Part shown: in pieces, positions 39,910 to 50,561 of the stretch
How positions within the stretch are numbered: position 1 is the stretch's first letter
How the letters are laid out: every line of letters starts with the position of its first letter
DNA from: an uncultured Pseudobdellovibrionaceae bacterium
GTDB taxonomy: Bacteria; Bdellovibrionota; Bdellovibrionia; Bdellovibrionales; UBA1609
DNA length: 64,000 nucleotides
Direction of reading: 5' to 3'
NCBI GenBank assembly: GCA_963803705.1
Contig: CAWDNU010000004.1
Span: 160,001-224,000, forward strand
Program-made: the position numbers and the translations under genes
Notes under the pieces: generated by a model
What the model saw: only the letters and a program-made list of their open reading frames with translations
What the model was told of the DNA's origin: nothing
Databases searched by the model: none

Positions 39910-41859
39910 TTAATTAGCTAAGCTTTCTACAAGCTTAGTTTCAAAAACCTTATTCTCGATGTCCTGATTTAACAATGCTAAAAATTTCATTAATGGCAAC
40001 CCCGAACTCTGAACTCCGTTTAAATCCCTGATAGAAACCTCACCGTTTTGCATTTCTTTGTCGCCGATGATCAACATATATGGAACTTTATCCATCTGAG
40101 CCTGTCTTATCTTGAACCCAAGTTTTTCAGCACGCTGGTCGAACTCGGCTCTGATACTCATCTCTTTTAACGAGCTTAAAAGGTCCTGACAGTAAGGGAT
40201 TTGCGAATCGGTTAAATTTAAAATCCGGACCTGAGTGGGACACATCCACAATGGCAGTCTACCTGCTGTGTGCTCTAGATAAACACCTATAAAGCGCTCC
40301 AAGGTGCCTAAAATCGCCCTGTGTAACATCACCGGACGCTCTTCACTATTTGCAGATCCAGTGAATGAAAGGTCGAATGCCTTAGGCAAATTAAAATCAC
40401 ACTGTAAGGTCCCGAGCTGCCATGGTCGGTTCAGAGCGTCTACGAACATAATATCCAGCTTAGGGCCATAAAATGCACCGTCACCTTCGTTAATCTGGTA
40501 AGGCAAATCTAACTGCTCTAGGGCTGTCTTTAATGCGCCTTCCGCCTGGTCCCAGACAGAGTCATCGCCCATTCTTTTTTCAGGCCGCGTTGATAAGAAT
40601 ATTTTGTAGTTGGGCATTCCAAGTTCCTGGTAGACTTCATCCAGAAAAACCATAAAGTTCTTAATTTCACTTTGAAGTTGTTCAGTCATACAAAATATGT
40701 GAGCGTCGTCCTGACAAAAGGTTCTTACTCTGGTTAATCCGTGAACAACACCACTACGTTCATATCGATGAAGACGGCCAAAATCAGCAATTCTCCATGG
40801 TAGATCACGATAAGATTTTTTATCATTAGAATAAAGTAAGCAATGTCCGGGACAGTTCATAGGTTTTAATGAGAATTCTTTTTCATCAATTTCAGTGAAG
40901 TACATATTTTCTTTGTAATTTTGGTAATGTCCACTTTGGTGAAAAAGCTCTGAATCAAAAATTTGTGGAGAAATAACCTCTTGGTATTCGAATTTGATGT
41001 ACTTCTCTCTCATGTAATTCTGTAATGAGTTATAAATAATCGTGCCTTTAGGTGTAAAAAATGGTGAGGCTGGTGCAAGTGGGCTGAACATAAATAGGCC
41101 CAATTCTTTACCAAGTTTTCTATGGTCCCGTTTCTTTGCTTCTTCCAACTGATTTAAGTAAGCCTTAAGCTCTTTTGGATTTTCAAAAGCGGTGGCATAA
41201 ATCCGCTGAAGCTGCTGTTTAGTCTCGTCACCCCGCCAGTACGACCCTGCAACTGACAACAATTTTACAGATTTGATTTGACCGGTGCGCTGGATATGGG
41301 GGCCGCGGCAAAGGTCAAACCACGTGCCCTGAGTGTAAATGCTTATCGGCTCTTCTTCTGACAAAGCAGAAATAAGTTCAAGTTTGTAAGTTTCACCCAA
41401 AGCCTCGAAGCGTTTTAAAGCTTCATTTCTTGGTAAAACTTCTTTTATTATTTCGATATTATTTGAAATCAACTGAGCCATTTTTTTTTCAATACGTTCT
41501 AAATCTTCAGGAGTAAATTTGTGCTCGGATTCGAAATCATAATAAAATCCGTTATCAATCACAGGACCAATGGTAACTTTAGTCTTCGGCCAAAGTTGTT
41601 GGACGGCTTCCGCCATAATATGGGCGGCTGAATGACGAACCACTTCGCGACCAAGTTCAGAATTGTCCGTTACAATCTGTAGCTCAGCTCCATCTTTTAA
41701 GGTGCTCCTTAAGTCAATGATCTGATGACTGTTGTTAACGATCCCGCCAACTGTGGCTTTAGCCAATCTGTCGCCGATACTTAGAGCCACTTCAAGGACT
41801 GTAGGTTCATGATCAAATATCTTTTTAGTTTTGTCAGGTAGGGTTATAGATACGGACAT
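39910..41859 (-). CDS. thrS: Threonine-tRNA ligase
   Basis: RHSAAH, IGPVIDNGFYYD, DLCRGPH, RDHRKLG, LKPMNCPGH, GLTRVR, AFYGPKLD, HRAILG. Confidence 0.97.
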   Translation of the reverse strand: MSVSITLPDKTKKIFDHEPTVLEVALSIGDRLAKATVGGIVNNSHQIIDLRSTLKDGAELQIVTDNSELGREVVRHSAAHIMAEAVQQLWPKTKVTIGPVIDNGFYYDFESEHKFTPEDLERIEKKMAQLISNNIEIIKEVLPRNEALKRFEALGETYKLELISALSEEEPISIYTQGTWFDLCRGPHIQRTGQIKSVKLLSVAGSYWRGDETKQQLQRIYATAFENPKELKAYLNQLEEAKKRDHRKLGKELGLFMFSPLAPASPFFTPKGTIIYNSLQNYMREKYIKFEYQEVISPQIFDSELFHQSGHYQNYKENMYFTEIDEKEFSLKPMNCPGHCLLYSNDKKSYRDLPWRIADFGRLHRYERSGVVHGLTRVRTFCQDDAHIFCMTEQLQSEIKNFMVFLDEVYQELGMPNYKIFLSTRPEKRMGDDSVWDQAEGALKTALEQLDLPYQINEGDGAFYGPKLDIMFVDALNRPWQLGTLQCDFNLPKAFDLSFTGSANSEERPVMLHRAILGTLERFIGVYLEHTAGRLPLWMCPTQVRILNLTDSQIPYCQDLLSSLKEMSIRAEFDQRAEKLGFKIRQAQMDKVPYMLIIGDKEMQNGEVSIRDLNGVQSSGLPLMKFLALLNQDIENKVFETKLVESLAN

Positions 41860-41995
41860 TCAGGCTTTAAGAAACAAAGGTAAGTGTCGTCACTACAGAT
41901 TTAAAAGCTTTGATTTCGAAGTCACTGCGGCAATTAATCAAAAGCACGACATTAGGATATAGGTTGTTGTCTGAAATCTCTGTTAGCATTATTTT

Positions 41996-42026
41996 ATTTT
42001 ATCACAATCTATCAATTTTATGTCAA
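41996..42026 (-). promoter_or_regulatory. Putative sigma70 promoter for thrS
   Basis: TTGACA at 42026-42021 and extended -10 TG-A-TAAAAT ending at 41996; the 19-nt spacer is long. Confidence 0.45.
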
Positions 42027-42028
42027 CA

Positions 42029-42089
42029 AAAGGTGCCAGGTTCCTAAAGCTGGCCGCGCTGCGGCCAGCTTTAGGAACCTGGCACCTTT
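42029..42089. repeat. Perfect palindrome with 29-bp arms, REP-like; probable terminator of the act operon
   Basis: AAAGGTGCCAGGTTCCTAAAGCTGGCCGC-GCT-GCGGCCAGCTTTAGGAACCTGGCACCTTT, 8 nt past the actF stop codon. Confidence 0.85.
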
Positions 42090-42097
42090 CGGTTTCA

Positions 42098-43297
42098 TTA
42101 ATAGACGACCTCGTGGTCAGCCGACTCTTGCAAAAAGACATCGTTCATTGGAACTAAAGAGTTTTGACTTAAAAAGCGAGTTGTAACTATACCAAAGGTT
42201 CCGGCAAAACCAAAAAAGATCAAAATCTCCCAAAACGAGAAGACTACACTGTGGTCATTAAAATTAGGGTAAATTAACCAATGCAGATCAAAATATTGGG
42301 TGACCAGAACAAGAACACAAATCACCGATAAAAAGTTGTAGTCCCTTTTAGTCCAACGTGGCAGTAAAGCTAAAAACGGCACGATAAATTTGAAAACTAG
42401 AAGCAAAACAGATGCTATAGCCCACTCACCTTCCATCCTATGTTTAAAAAAGATTGTCTCTTCGGGGATGTTAGCATACCAAATAAGCATAAATTGGGAA
42501 AACGCAATATAGGCCCAGAATACTGTAAACCCCAATAAAAACTTTGCCATATCGTGTATGTGGTTCTCGTTAACTAAGCCATTATAATAACCACCTCGAA
42601 CTAAAAAGATCGCAACCAAAATAGCTAGTGCGAAAAAGGCCTGAGATGTACCGCCAAACAAATATACACCAAAAATAGTACTGAACCAATGTGGTTCCAA
42701 GCTCATAATCAAATCGACACTGTAAAAAGAGTAACTTAAAGCGAAGAAAATTATGTATGCAATACACTTGGGAACTATGGTGTTTGCAATATTCTTGTCT
42801 CCGTTTTTATCTTGCAAAAGAGAAGATCCAACAATTAATTTTTGAAATAAAATCCAAGCTCCAAAAAACACTAGTAATCGAATTACAAAAAAAGTTGGAT
42901 TCAAATAACTCTGCTTATGCAACAGCAATGGATCATGCAGAACGTATTCTGGCCGATACCACTTATAAAGGCTCGTACCTCCGAAAATAGCTAAAACCAA
43001 AGTAAGGAGGCCTCCCAAAGGTAAGTAAGCAGTGAAGCTTTCAAAAATTCGTCGCACTAAAACCGACCAACCTGCTTTTGTTAAAAACTGTATCGCTACA
43101 TAAAACAGAGCAATAACTGCTAAAGATACAAAATAAAATAATCCAGACAAGTATGCCTGCCAAGCACGAGTGGCATCTGTCATTAAACATATAATGAAAG
43201 CCAGCGCGCCAACAAAAATCATTGCAGAAAAAATAGCTTTCAATTGAAGAGAAGCTTCAAATGGTTTTGGTGATTTTAACTCCACATGTTTGTGCAT
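42098..43297 (-). CDS. actF: Alternative complex III membrane subunit F
   Basis: AGWSxxxRRxxE, LYKW, MSLEPHWFSTIFG, FWAYIAFSQFMLIWYANIPEET; last gene of the act cluster. Confidence 0.85.
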   Translation of the reverse strand: MHKHVELKSPKPFEASLQLKAIFSAMIFVGALAFIICLMTDATRAWQAYLSGLFYFVSLAVIALFYVAIQFLTKAGWSVLVRRIFESFTAYLPLGGLLTLVLAIFGGTSLYKWYRPEYVLHDPLLLHKQSYLNPTFFVIRLLVFFGAWILFQKLIVGSSLLQDKNGDKNIANTIVPKCIAYIIFFALSYSFYSVDLIMSLEPHWFSTIFGVYLFGGTSQAFFALAILVAIFLVRGGYYNGLVNENHIHDMAKFLLGFTVFWAYIAFSQFMLIWYANIPEETIFFKHRMEGEWAIASVLLLVFKFIVPFLALLPRWTKRDYNFLSVICVLVLVTQYFDLHWLIYPNFNDHSVVFSFWEILIFFGFAGTFGIVTTRFLSQNSLVPMNDVFLQESADHEVVY

Positions 43298-43939
43298 TTA
43301 TTTTTCTCCGGATTTTGATGGATTTGAATTCATTTTTTGCAGTTGGCGGATGTAGTCAACCACAGCCCACCTTTGTTTTTCGTCCGTAATTTGAGTGCCA
43401 TAGTTACCCATTAGGCCCCACCCATAGGTGATGACATAATATAAACGTCCATCTGAATACCCTGCATAAGTTGAATCCAATAAGCTGGGTGGTTTTTTTA
43501 GAAGCAGACCGCCTCTTTTAGTTACCAATGGTCCATTTCCATCGCCCTTAGCTCCGTGACAAATAGCGCAGTTAATATCATATTTTTGCTGACCTAGGTC
43601 TTCGTACTTAAAAGCAACTTCAGCTGCCAAACTTGAAGCCTTAAGGGGGTTCTGCATTTTCTCAGCATCCTCAAGTTTCAAATCTTCAGGAACATAGCGG
43701 TTTCTTGGAATAGCGTTGACTGGTGGCACTCTGACAGTAGCTTTACCGTCTGAGTCAGCTTCTTGAGGTTTAATTTGAGGCCCCACCATCATATCTTGAA
43801 TCAATTCCACATTTGGATTTTCAGTTCTGTAACTTGCTCCTCGACCGCAACCAACAAATAAAATGGACACAACCAATGACGTTAATTTAAAAAAGATTAG
43901 TTTTAATATACCTGAGTCTTTGCCATTAACTTGAAACAT
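43298..43939 (-). CDS. actE: Alternative complex III monoheme cytochrome c lipoprotein
   Basis: Lipobox FVGC, DM...K.QE, CAICH, DGRLYYVITYG, RWAVVDYIRQLQ. Confidence 0.85.
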   Translation of the reverse strand: MFQVNGKDSGILKLIFFKLTSLVVSILFVGCGRGASYRTENPNVELIQDMMVGPQIKPQEADSDGKATVRVPPVNAIPRNRYVPEDLKLEDAEKMQNPLKASSLAAEVAFKYEDLGQQKYDINCAICHGAKGDGNGPLVTKRGGLLLKKPPSLLDSTYAGYSDGRLYYVITYGWGLMGNYGTQITDEKQRWAVVDYIRQLQKMNSNPSKSGEK

Positions 43940-43941
43940 TC

Positions 43942-44463
43942 TTAATACTCCGAAACCTTATGAACCGCATCTGCGCCCGATTGTTTAAACATAGATTCTA
44001 TTTCGCCCGAATTAAACTTGAGATCGTTCTCGTAAATAATAAGCCCAAATTTATGACTAGTTAGATCTGGGTCAACAACGGGTGGGTCAATTCTAGGCAA
44101 GCCGCAGGCTGCAAATAGGGCCCCAACGCTTGCAAGAGCAGCGAACAAAATTGTTAATTCGAAAATTACCGGCACAAAAGCTGGTAACGACCACATAGGC
44201 TTACCGCCGACATTAATAGGCCAGTTGACAGCAGAGGTCCACCAGGTAAACCACAGACCAAACAGACAGCCCGTCAACCCTGCAAAGAAGGTCACCCAAG
44301 GTATCCATGATCGCTCTATCCCACATGCATCCTCCAATCCGTGAACAGGGTAAGGTGTAACGGCATCAAATTTTTGATAACCAGAATTTTTAACTTTCTC
44401 GGCCACTGATAAAATAGAATCTTCAGTGAGCCAAATGCCCATCACTCCACCTGTCTTAGCCAT
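43942..44463 (-). CDS. actD: Alternative complex III subunit D (DUF3341)
   Basis: [33 protein letters not shown]; start taken as MAKTGG at 44463. Confidence 0.88.
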   Translation of the reverse strand: MAKTGGVMGIWLTEDSILSVAEKVKNSGYQKFDAVTPYPVHGLEDACGIERSWIPWVTFFAGLTGCLFGLWFTWWTSAVNWPINVGGKPMWSLPAFVPVIFELTILFAALASVGALFAACGLPRIDPPVVDPDLTSHKFGLIIYENDLKFNSGEIESMFKQSGADAVHKVSEY

Positions 44464-45826
44464 GATGACCTCCATTGTGATCACTCTTACGGCCAAAACC
44501 AAGAACTGGCTTAATCTCTGCTATTGCTATCGCAGGAATAGCCCTAATGTAAAGCAAGAAAAGAGTGAAGAACATACCAAAGCTTCCAATTAGAACCCCG
44601 AAATCATAGAACGTCATATTAAATAAACCCCAGTTCGCGGGCAAAAAGTCTCTGTGTAAGGAGGTTACTGTAATAACATAGCGCTCAAACCACATTCCAA
44701 TATTTACAAATATAGACACGATAAACATTGTCGGAATACTTCTGCGCGCCCATTTCATCCAAAATATCTGAGGTATCAGCACGTTGCAAGAAACCATGGT
44801 CCAGTAGGCCCACCAGTAAGGACCAAAAGCTCTGTTCACGAAAGCGTACACCTCGTATTTAGAACCGGAGTACCACGCGATGAAAAACTCGGATGCGTAG
44901 GCATAACCCACTATCATTCCCGTAGTCATGATAACTTTATTTATAAGTTCCATGTGGTCCATTGTGATATATTTTTTGAACTCTGGAACTGCTATGCGTA
45001 TCAATACCATTAATGTCACAACCATGGCGAACCCAGAAAAGATGGCTCCGGCAACAAAGTACGGGGGAAAGATTGTAGTGTGCCATCCGGGAAGCTGTGA
45101 CACCGCAAAATCAAAAGATACAATACTGTGAACGGATAGTACTAGCGGAGTTGAAAGACCAGCTAATAGCAAATACACAATTTCGTAGTGACCCCAGTCA
45201 CGAGCGCGTCCCCTCCAGCCTAAAGAAAATGCACCATAAATTACACGGCGAAGACCTTTTGACCTATCCCTTAAAGTAGCTAAATCAGGCACCATTCCAA
45301 CATACCAGAAGGTGATCGAAACTATAGCGTAAGTTGAGATTGCAAAAACGTCCCAAACTAGTGGAGATCTAAAGTTAACCCACAACGGGCCTCTTTGATT
45401 TGGATACGGAAAAAGCCAGAAGGCCAACCATGGTCGCCCAGTATGTATGATTGGAAAAATACCTGCTGTGGCTACCGCAAAAACAGTCATTGCTTCAGCT
45501 GATCTAGCAATAGACGTTCTCCATTTTTGCCTAAATAAATATAAAACTGCAGAAATTAAAGTTCCTGCGTGGCCGATACCTACCCAAAAAACGAAAGTTA
45601 CGATGTCGGTTCCCCAACCAACGGGATGGTTAACACCCATGAGCCCCATGCCTGTGCCAACAATTATACCAACAACTATAATATAAAATAAAAATACTGA
45701 AGAAGATCCTAAAATCATTGTTAACCAGCCTAAACCAGGCGGCGTTTCAACTAAGGATGCTATGTCGTCCGTAACATCCTTTAAAGATTTGTGACCCTCA
45801 ATAAGTGGCTTTCTGTAATTTTCCAT
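44456..45826 (-). CDS. actC: Alternative complex III subunit C (NrfD/polysulfide reductase family)
   Basis: [65 protein letters not shown]. Confidence 0.92.
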   Translation of the reverse strand: MENYRKPLIEGHKSLKDVTDDIASLVETPPGLGWLTMILGSSSVFLFYIIVVGIIVGTGMGLMGVNHPVGWGTDIVTFVFWVGIGHAGTLISAVLYLFRQKWRTSIARSAEAMTVFAVATAGIFPIIHTGRPWLAFWLFPYPNQRGPLWVNFRSPLVWDVFAISTYAIVSITFWYVGMVPDLATLRDRSKGLRRVIYGAFSLGWRGRARDWGHYEIVYLLLAGLSTPLVLSVHSIVSFDFAVSQLPGWHTTIFPPYFVAGAIFSGFAMVVTLMVLIRIAVPEFKKYITMDHMELINKVIMTTGMIVGYAYASEFFIAWYSGSKYEVYAFVNRAFGPYWWAYWTMVSCNVLIPQIFWMKWARRSIPTMFIVSIFVNIGMWFERYVITVTSLHRDFLPANWGLFNMTFYDFGVLIGSFGMFFTLFLLYIRAIPAIAIAEIKPVLGFGRKSDHNGGHHG

Positions 45827-48800
45827 TAGTGATGCCCACCCTCTTTTCTATGATTTTGACCTGTCGAGCCTTTCAGCTGGCTTACATTTCTGACTTTTGA
45901 CAGGTATTTGACCGCCGGCATAACTGCATACTCTTCCAAAAGACCATAGGATCGTAAGCTTCTTTGCATTTTACTAACTTCACTCCCCGAATCGTTAAGG
46001 TCACCGAACACGATAGCTTCCGCAGGACAAGTCTGCTGACATGCAGTTTTTATCTCTTGATCTTCCAGTTTCCGGTCTGCAAGCTTTGCTTCTGTTTTTT
46101 TAGCCTTCACTCGTTGAACGCAGAAAGTACATTTTTCCATGACCCCTCGGGATCTCACTGTGACCTCAGGATTCAGTACCATTTTAAGTGGGCTACTAAC
46201 TTTTGAATAATTAAACCAATTGAAACGTCTAACTTTGTATGGACAATTGTTAGCGCAGTACCTTGTACCCACGCAACGGTTATAGACCATATCATTTGTG
46301 CCTTCATCGCTGTGGACTGTGGCTAAAACAGGACAAACAGTTTCGCAAGGAGCATTATCACAATGCATACACATTACAGGTTGATAAACCACATCTGGTT
46401 GCTCAGGTGTGCCCGTATAATACCTATCAATTCTTATCCAATGCATTTCGCGTCCGTTTAAAACGTGACGTTTACCTACGACTGGAATGTTATTTTCTGC
46501 TTGGCAGGCTATCATGCATGCTCCACAGCCATTACACTTGCTAAGATCAACTGCCATTCCCCATTTGTGGCCCTTATATTTGTGCTCAGACCATAAAGAA
46601 AATATTTTATGTTTATGCTGGCCAGCCTGAGGATTTTCTTTAATATCTTTCATCGTGGCTTCCACAACAATTTGACGCCCTTCCATAGAGTGATGTCCTT
46701 GGACATTGGCCAAAGCAATATTCTTACCCGTCGACTTGAAATTAGCGTTAATCCCAGAATAAATAGCCTGGTTAAAATTTATCGATGCAAATTGATACCC
46801 ATTTACTCCGACGCCATCAGCGACTTTACCAGCGCCCTTCCGGCCGTAACCCAATGCTAATGATATGACTTTATCGTGAAGCCCCGGTTGAATATGAACA
46901 GGAACATCAAGAGTAATGCCGTTAGCACTTAAAGACACCACGTCGCCTTCAGATAGTTTTTTCTTCGCTGCTGTTGAAGGACTTAAACATAGATAATTAT
47001 CCCAACATATTTTAGTTATTGGATCAGGAAACTCTTGAAGCCAAGATACGTTTGCCAGGGTACCGTCTTTCAACCCAATTGTAGTGTAAAGTACAAGCTC
47101 GTAATCGGCAGCTTCATCTAAATTTATATTAAGAGCTTTCCCGCTGTAAGAACGACCCGATTTCGAAGCATTTGAAATTGTGCCATCAACACCTTTTTGC
47201 AAAAACCCAGTCCAGTTGGATGCACCACCAACTTTGGAAAGCGAAGAGTTTTTTACAGATTCATACCAAGTGGTTTTCGAATCCATCACTTCTAACAAAA
47301 CGTCTTCAAAAGATTTCGTATCATAAAGTGGTTGTATAGTAGGCTGTGATAAACTCAAAATGCCTGAGACAAATTCGATATCCATCCATTTTTCTAATGG
47401 GTGATGATCTGGAATTATAAAATCGGCAGCGATACCCGTTTCATCAACCCGATCACCAGTGTAGAAAACGGCCTCGACTTTCGCCAGTGCTTTTCTAAAA
47501 CCAAATGATTCAGGCAGTGTATAAAGTGGGTTGGAATTGTGAATGATTAAGGTTTTAACTTTACCCTCATTCATCGCAGCCAATAATGAATTTAAATCCT
47601 CGATTGAGCCTCTAACAGAGGTGATTGCATTGGAATATTGAACCGTTTTTCCATCATTACCTAAAACACCGTTTATAAAATTAACAACTTGGTAAACCGC
47701 TGTTTGGTTCTGAGTCATTGAAGTTTCTGCACCAGTAATGACTAACGAGCGGCCTTTAGCTTTCACAAGTTTAGCACCAATTTTTTTAAGTTTTTCTTCA
47801 CTCACCGGTAAAGCTTTTAAAGTAGCACTAAACGACCCGTAAACATCGCGCCATGCCGAAGGAAAGCTAGTACTCGTTTGATCACAGACAATTTGAGCTA
47901 ATTTCATAACTAAGGCCAATTGATCGCTTGGCTTGATGGCGTAACGCTCATCCGCATTAGTGCCAGTCAGGGACATCATGGATTCAAACTGAACGAAATA
48001 ATTCATTTTGCCATTTGGATCTCTACGTTTAGCAAAAGCTCGTTGATTAGCAACTGTAGCTACGGCTGTTCCTAAAAAATCAGAGTCAACACCCACTATA
48101 ATGTCGGCATCCTCAATATTGTAATTAGGCATGACAGAGGTTCCAAAGACCTGTTCTTGGCTAGCCATTAAAGATGATTTGTCCAAAGCATCGTACTCGA
48201 AATACCGGCCTTTTGCTTGAGATACAAAATTATTTATTACTGATCTAGAAGTCGGAGAAGGGTTGGATGACGACAAAACATAAACTCCACCCTTAGAGGA
48301 TGCAGTTTTTAAAGTTCCAATTGCTTTAGCCCAGGTGGTTGCGACTGTATCTTTGTTAGATCTTGTTGCATTGACCAAATTTCTAATGGGCGCTGTTAGC
48401 CTGTCGGGATCGTAAAGACTTAAAATCTGCGCTTGTCCCCTAGCTGATAAAGCCTCCCCTGAACCAGGATAAAACTCGTTACCTTCAATTTTTATTGGGC
48501 GACCTTCACGTGTTCTAATTACCGTTCCCGCGATATCGTAACCGTCCACAAAGGTAGAAGCATAAAAATTAGGTAGACCAGGAATAATTTCTTTCGGTCT
48601 TTTAGCATAAGGAACAATTTTTTCAACAGGTCTTCGAATACATCCGAAGGTTGAAAGCGCAAGGCTTGCTCCCATTAACTGCAGAAACTCACGTCTAGCC
48701 CAACCACCTGCAGGTGTTTTATTGTCTTCGGCTAATGGGGAATTCATAAACTCTTTTTGAGCTAATTCTTTAAAACCTTCGTCATTTCTCCACTGCTCTA

Positions 48801-48852
48801 AGCTTAACCAATATTTAGGCTGTGATGAATTTTCGTTTAAATCTTTTTGCAT
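45826..48852 (-). CDS. actB: Alternative complex III subunit B (TAT-exported molybdopterin-oxidoreductase-like domain fused to an Fe-S domain)
   Basis: YWLSLE, ARREFL...GC TAT/lipoprotein signal, [57 protein letters not shown]. Confidence 0.92.
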   Translation of the reverse strand: MQKDLNENSSQPKYWLSLEQWRNDEGFKELAQKEFMNSPLAEDNKTPAGGWARREFLQLMGASLALSTFGCIRRPVEKIVPYAKRPKEIIPGLPNFYASTFVDGYDIAGTVIRTREGRPIKIEGNEFYPGSGEALSARGQAQILSLYDPDRLTAPIRNLVNATRSNKDTVATTWAKAIGTLKTASSKGGVYVLSSSNPSPTSRSVINNFVSQAKGRYFEYDALDKSSLMASQEQVFGTSVMPNYNIEDADIIVGVDSDFLGTAVATVANQRAFAKRRDPNGKMNYFVQFESMMSLTGTNADERYAIKPSDQLALVMKLAQIVCDQTSTSFPSAWRDVYGSFSATLKALPVSEEKLKKIGAKLVKAKGRSLVITGAETSMTQNQTAVYQVVNFINGVLGNDGKTVQYSNAITSVRGSIEDLNSLLAAMNEGKVKTLIIHNSNPLYTLPESFGFRKALAKVEAVFYTGDRVDETGIAADFIIPDHHPLEKWMDIEFVSGILSLSQPTIQPLYDTKSFEDVLLEVMDSKTTWYESVKNSSLSKVGGASNWTGFLQKGVDGTISNASKSGRSYSGKALNINLDEAADYELVLYTTIGLKDGTLANVSWLQEFPDPITKICWDNYLCLSPSTAAKKKLSEGDVVSLSANGITLDVPVHIQPGLHDKVISLALGYGRKGAGKVADGVGVNGYQFASINFNQAIYSGINANFKSTGKNIALANVQGHHSMEGRQIVVEATMKDIKENPQAGQHKHKIFSLWSEHKYKGHKWGMAVDLSKCNGCGACMIACQAENNIPVVGKRHVLNGREMHWIRIDRYYTGTPEQPDVVYQPVMCMHCDNAPCETVCPVLATVHSDEGTNDMVYNRCVGTRYCANNCPYKVRRFNWFNYSKVSSPLKMVLNPEVTVRSRGVMEKCTFCVQRVKAKKTEAKLADRKLEDQEIKTACQQTCPAEAIVFGDLNDSGSEVSKMQRSLRSYGLLEEYAVMPAVKYLSKVRNVSQLKGSTGQNHRKEGGHH

Positions 48853-48919
48853 TTCTAACCCTCAAATTTTTGGATTGGTTGTGATTTAAAATTTAATTTC
48901 TGATTAATAGTAGTGACAC

Positions 48920-49525
48920 CTAATAATGACACGTCGAACAGTTAATAATCGATGGAGTGTAGCCTATTTCTCTCTGGTCGCCGGCCTCTGCCTCTAGGTC
49001 AATAACAAGAGAAGAGTGGGCTGCTGATTCCATCTGCTCCCTATGACAGTTAACACACCAGCCCATTGATAGATCAGAGTGCTGATACACTTTTTCCATC
49101 TGCTCTATCGGCCCATGACAAGTTTGGCATTCTTTACCAGCTTTGATATGTGGAGCGTGATTAAATTTAACGTGATCTGGTAACATATGAACTTTTACCC
49201 AAGCAATAGAATCTCCAGAGTTGTAGGCCTCTTTAAGTTCGTCTAGATACTTACTTTTCTTATTCAGATTGATATGACAATTCATACAAACGTTTAAACT
49301 AGGAATGGCTGAATGACGAGAAACTTCTGCGGACGCATGACAGTACTTACAGTCCATACCAAGTTCGCCTGCGTGAAACTTATGTGAAAAAGGAAGAGGT
49401 TGTGTTGGTTGGTAACCATTATTATAACCAATGCTAAGTTTATTATTCACAAGTAAATGAAAGAAAGTATAAATACCTATGAGTAGTGCTAGAACTACAA
49501 CAGCGCCGATGAGCTTTTTGATCAT
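48920..49525 (-). CDS. actA: Alternative complex III pentaheme cytochrome c
   Basis: Five CxxCH motifs (CKYCH, CMNCH, CQTCH, CVNCH, CSTCH), PTQPLPFSH, N-terminal TM anchor. Confidence 0.9.
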   Translation of the reverse strand: MIKKLIGAVVVLALLIGIYTFFHLLVNNKLSIGYNNGYQPTQPLPFSHKFHAGELGMDCKYCHASAEVSRHSAIPSLNVCMNCHINLNKKSKYLDELKEAYNSGDSIAWVKVHMLPDHVKFNHAPHIKAGKECQTCHGPIEQMEKVYQHSDLSMGWCVNCHREQMESAAHSSLVIDLEAEAGDQREIGYTPSIINCSTCHY

Positions 49526-49755
49526 ATGCAGAAATCCTACAGTTGTTAAAATATAAGTTAATTTCTTAAACTTGTTTCTTGAATTTGCCTCTTGAGCTTT
49601 AAGATATAAAGGAATTCACAAGATTATCAAATAGTTTTCAAAAAATAGGTGCATAAATTTAGCGCAATTAGCTGCATCTTTTAGGACACATTTCGTTCAA
49701 GTAGCCGAAAAATGTCACTGAAGATACGACTAGATTCATCTTGCAGCCGCATTCT

Positions 49756-49770
49756 TGGCTTTATAATTGC
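49756..49770 (+). promoter_or_regulatory. Putative sigma54 promoter
   Basis: TGGCTTTATAATTGC (GG-N10-GC), 13 nt before ATG 49784. Confidence 0.45.
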
Positions 49771-49783
49771 CTATTAATAAACG

Positions 49784-50503
49784 ATGAGACAAAAACGCTT
49801 TACTGTTGTGACACTTCTATTTCTTAGTACTTACTTAGGCTATCAATTGATAGACCTTATTAATTATGTAAGCTCTGATAAAGCCGTAAGCTTTGATACC
49901 CGTGTAGAAAAGCCTGAAATTCTTTTTTTGGATTCGCAAAAGAATAGAGGTGCCGTTTTAAAGAAGTATATCCAATCACCCAAAAATAGAAAAAAGTTTA
50001 AAGATGCTAAGCACTTAAAGACAGAAAAAGAAGTTACAAAACCGGTAAAGAAAAATAAATTTTTAAATGTCATCCGTGTCGCAGAGGATGAATTTCGTTA
50101 CTCCAAAAAGGACTATGAAGGCGAGATAAAAAAATACAAAAGATCAAAAAGGATTACTGTTGACTCTGGTTGGGAAAAAAAAGTGCTTGAGTCAGAAAGC
50201 TTAATCGAAAAATCTTTAAAAGACGCGGCATTGGTGAAGGGGCATGTATTGAACTTGCCTGATTCTAAATTTCGAAGCCAGCAAAATGATATGGAACGAT
50301 TCGCACTAAAAATTGAACTTCCTAGTGAAAATGTAGGCACAAAAGTTAAGCTTCAATACAGAGAGCCACCTAACTTTGGCAAGGCCAAATTACCCGAACC
50401 GATTTCGTTAGAAACGCAGGCTGATGATTCGACATTTTCAATTCAAAAAACCACTGCCACAGAATCACCTTGGGATAACTTTTCAGGTCCTAAAAATCCG
50501 TAA
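49784..50503 (+). CDS. Hypothetical protein with an N-terminal membrane anchor
   Basis: 239-aa ORF, Lys-rich, no recognisable domain. Confidence 0.55.
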   Translation: MRQKRFTVVTLLFLSTYLGYQLIDLINYVSSDKAVSFDTRVEKPEILFLDSQKNRGAVLKKYIQSPKNRKKFKDAKHLKTEKEVTKPVKKNKFLNVIRVAEDEFRYSKKDYEGEIKKYKRSKRITVDSGWEKKVLESESLIEKSLKDAALVKGHVLNLPDSKFRSQQNDMERFALKIELPSENVGTKVKLQYREPPNFGKAKLPEPISLETQADDSTFSIQKTTATESPWDNFSGPKNP

Positions 50504-50524
50504 TTTAATTGTTAAATTTTTTAC

Positions 50525-50539
50525 CGGCACCTAATTTGC
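50525..50539 (+). promoter_or_regulatory. Putative sigma54 promoter
   Basis: CGGCACCTAATTTGC; predicted +1 near 50551, just before the AGGAG RBS of ORF 50562. Confidence 0.55.
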
Positions 50540-50561
50540 TATATCTACTGCAGGAGAACCC

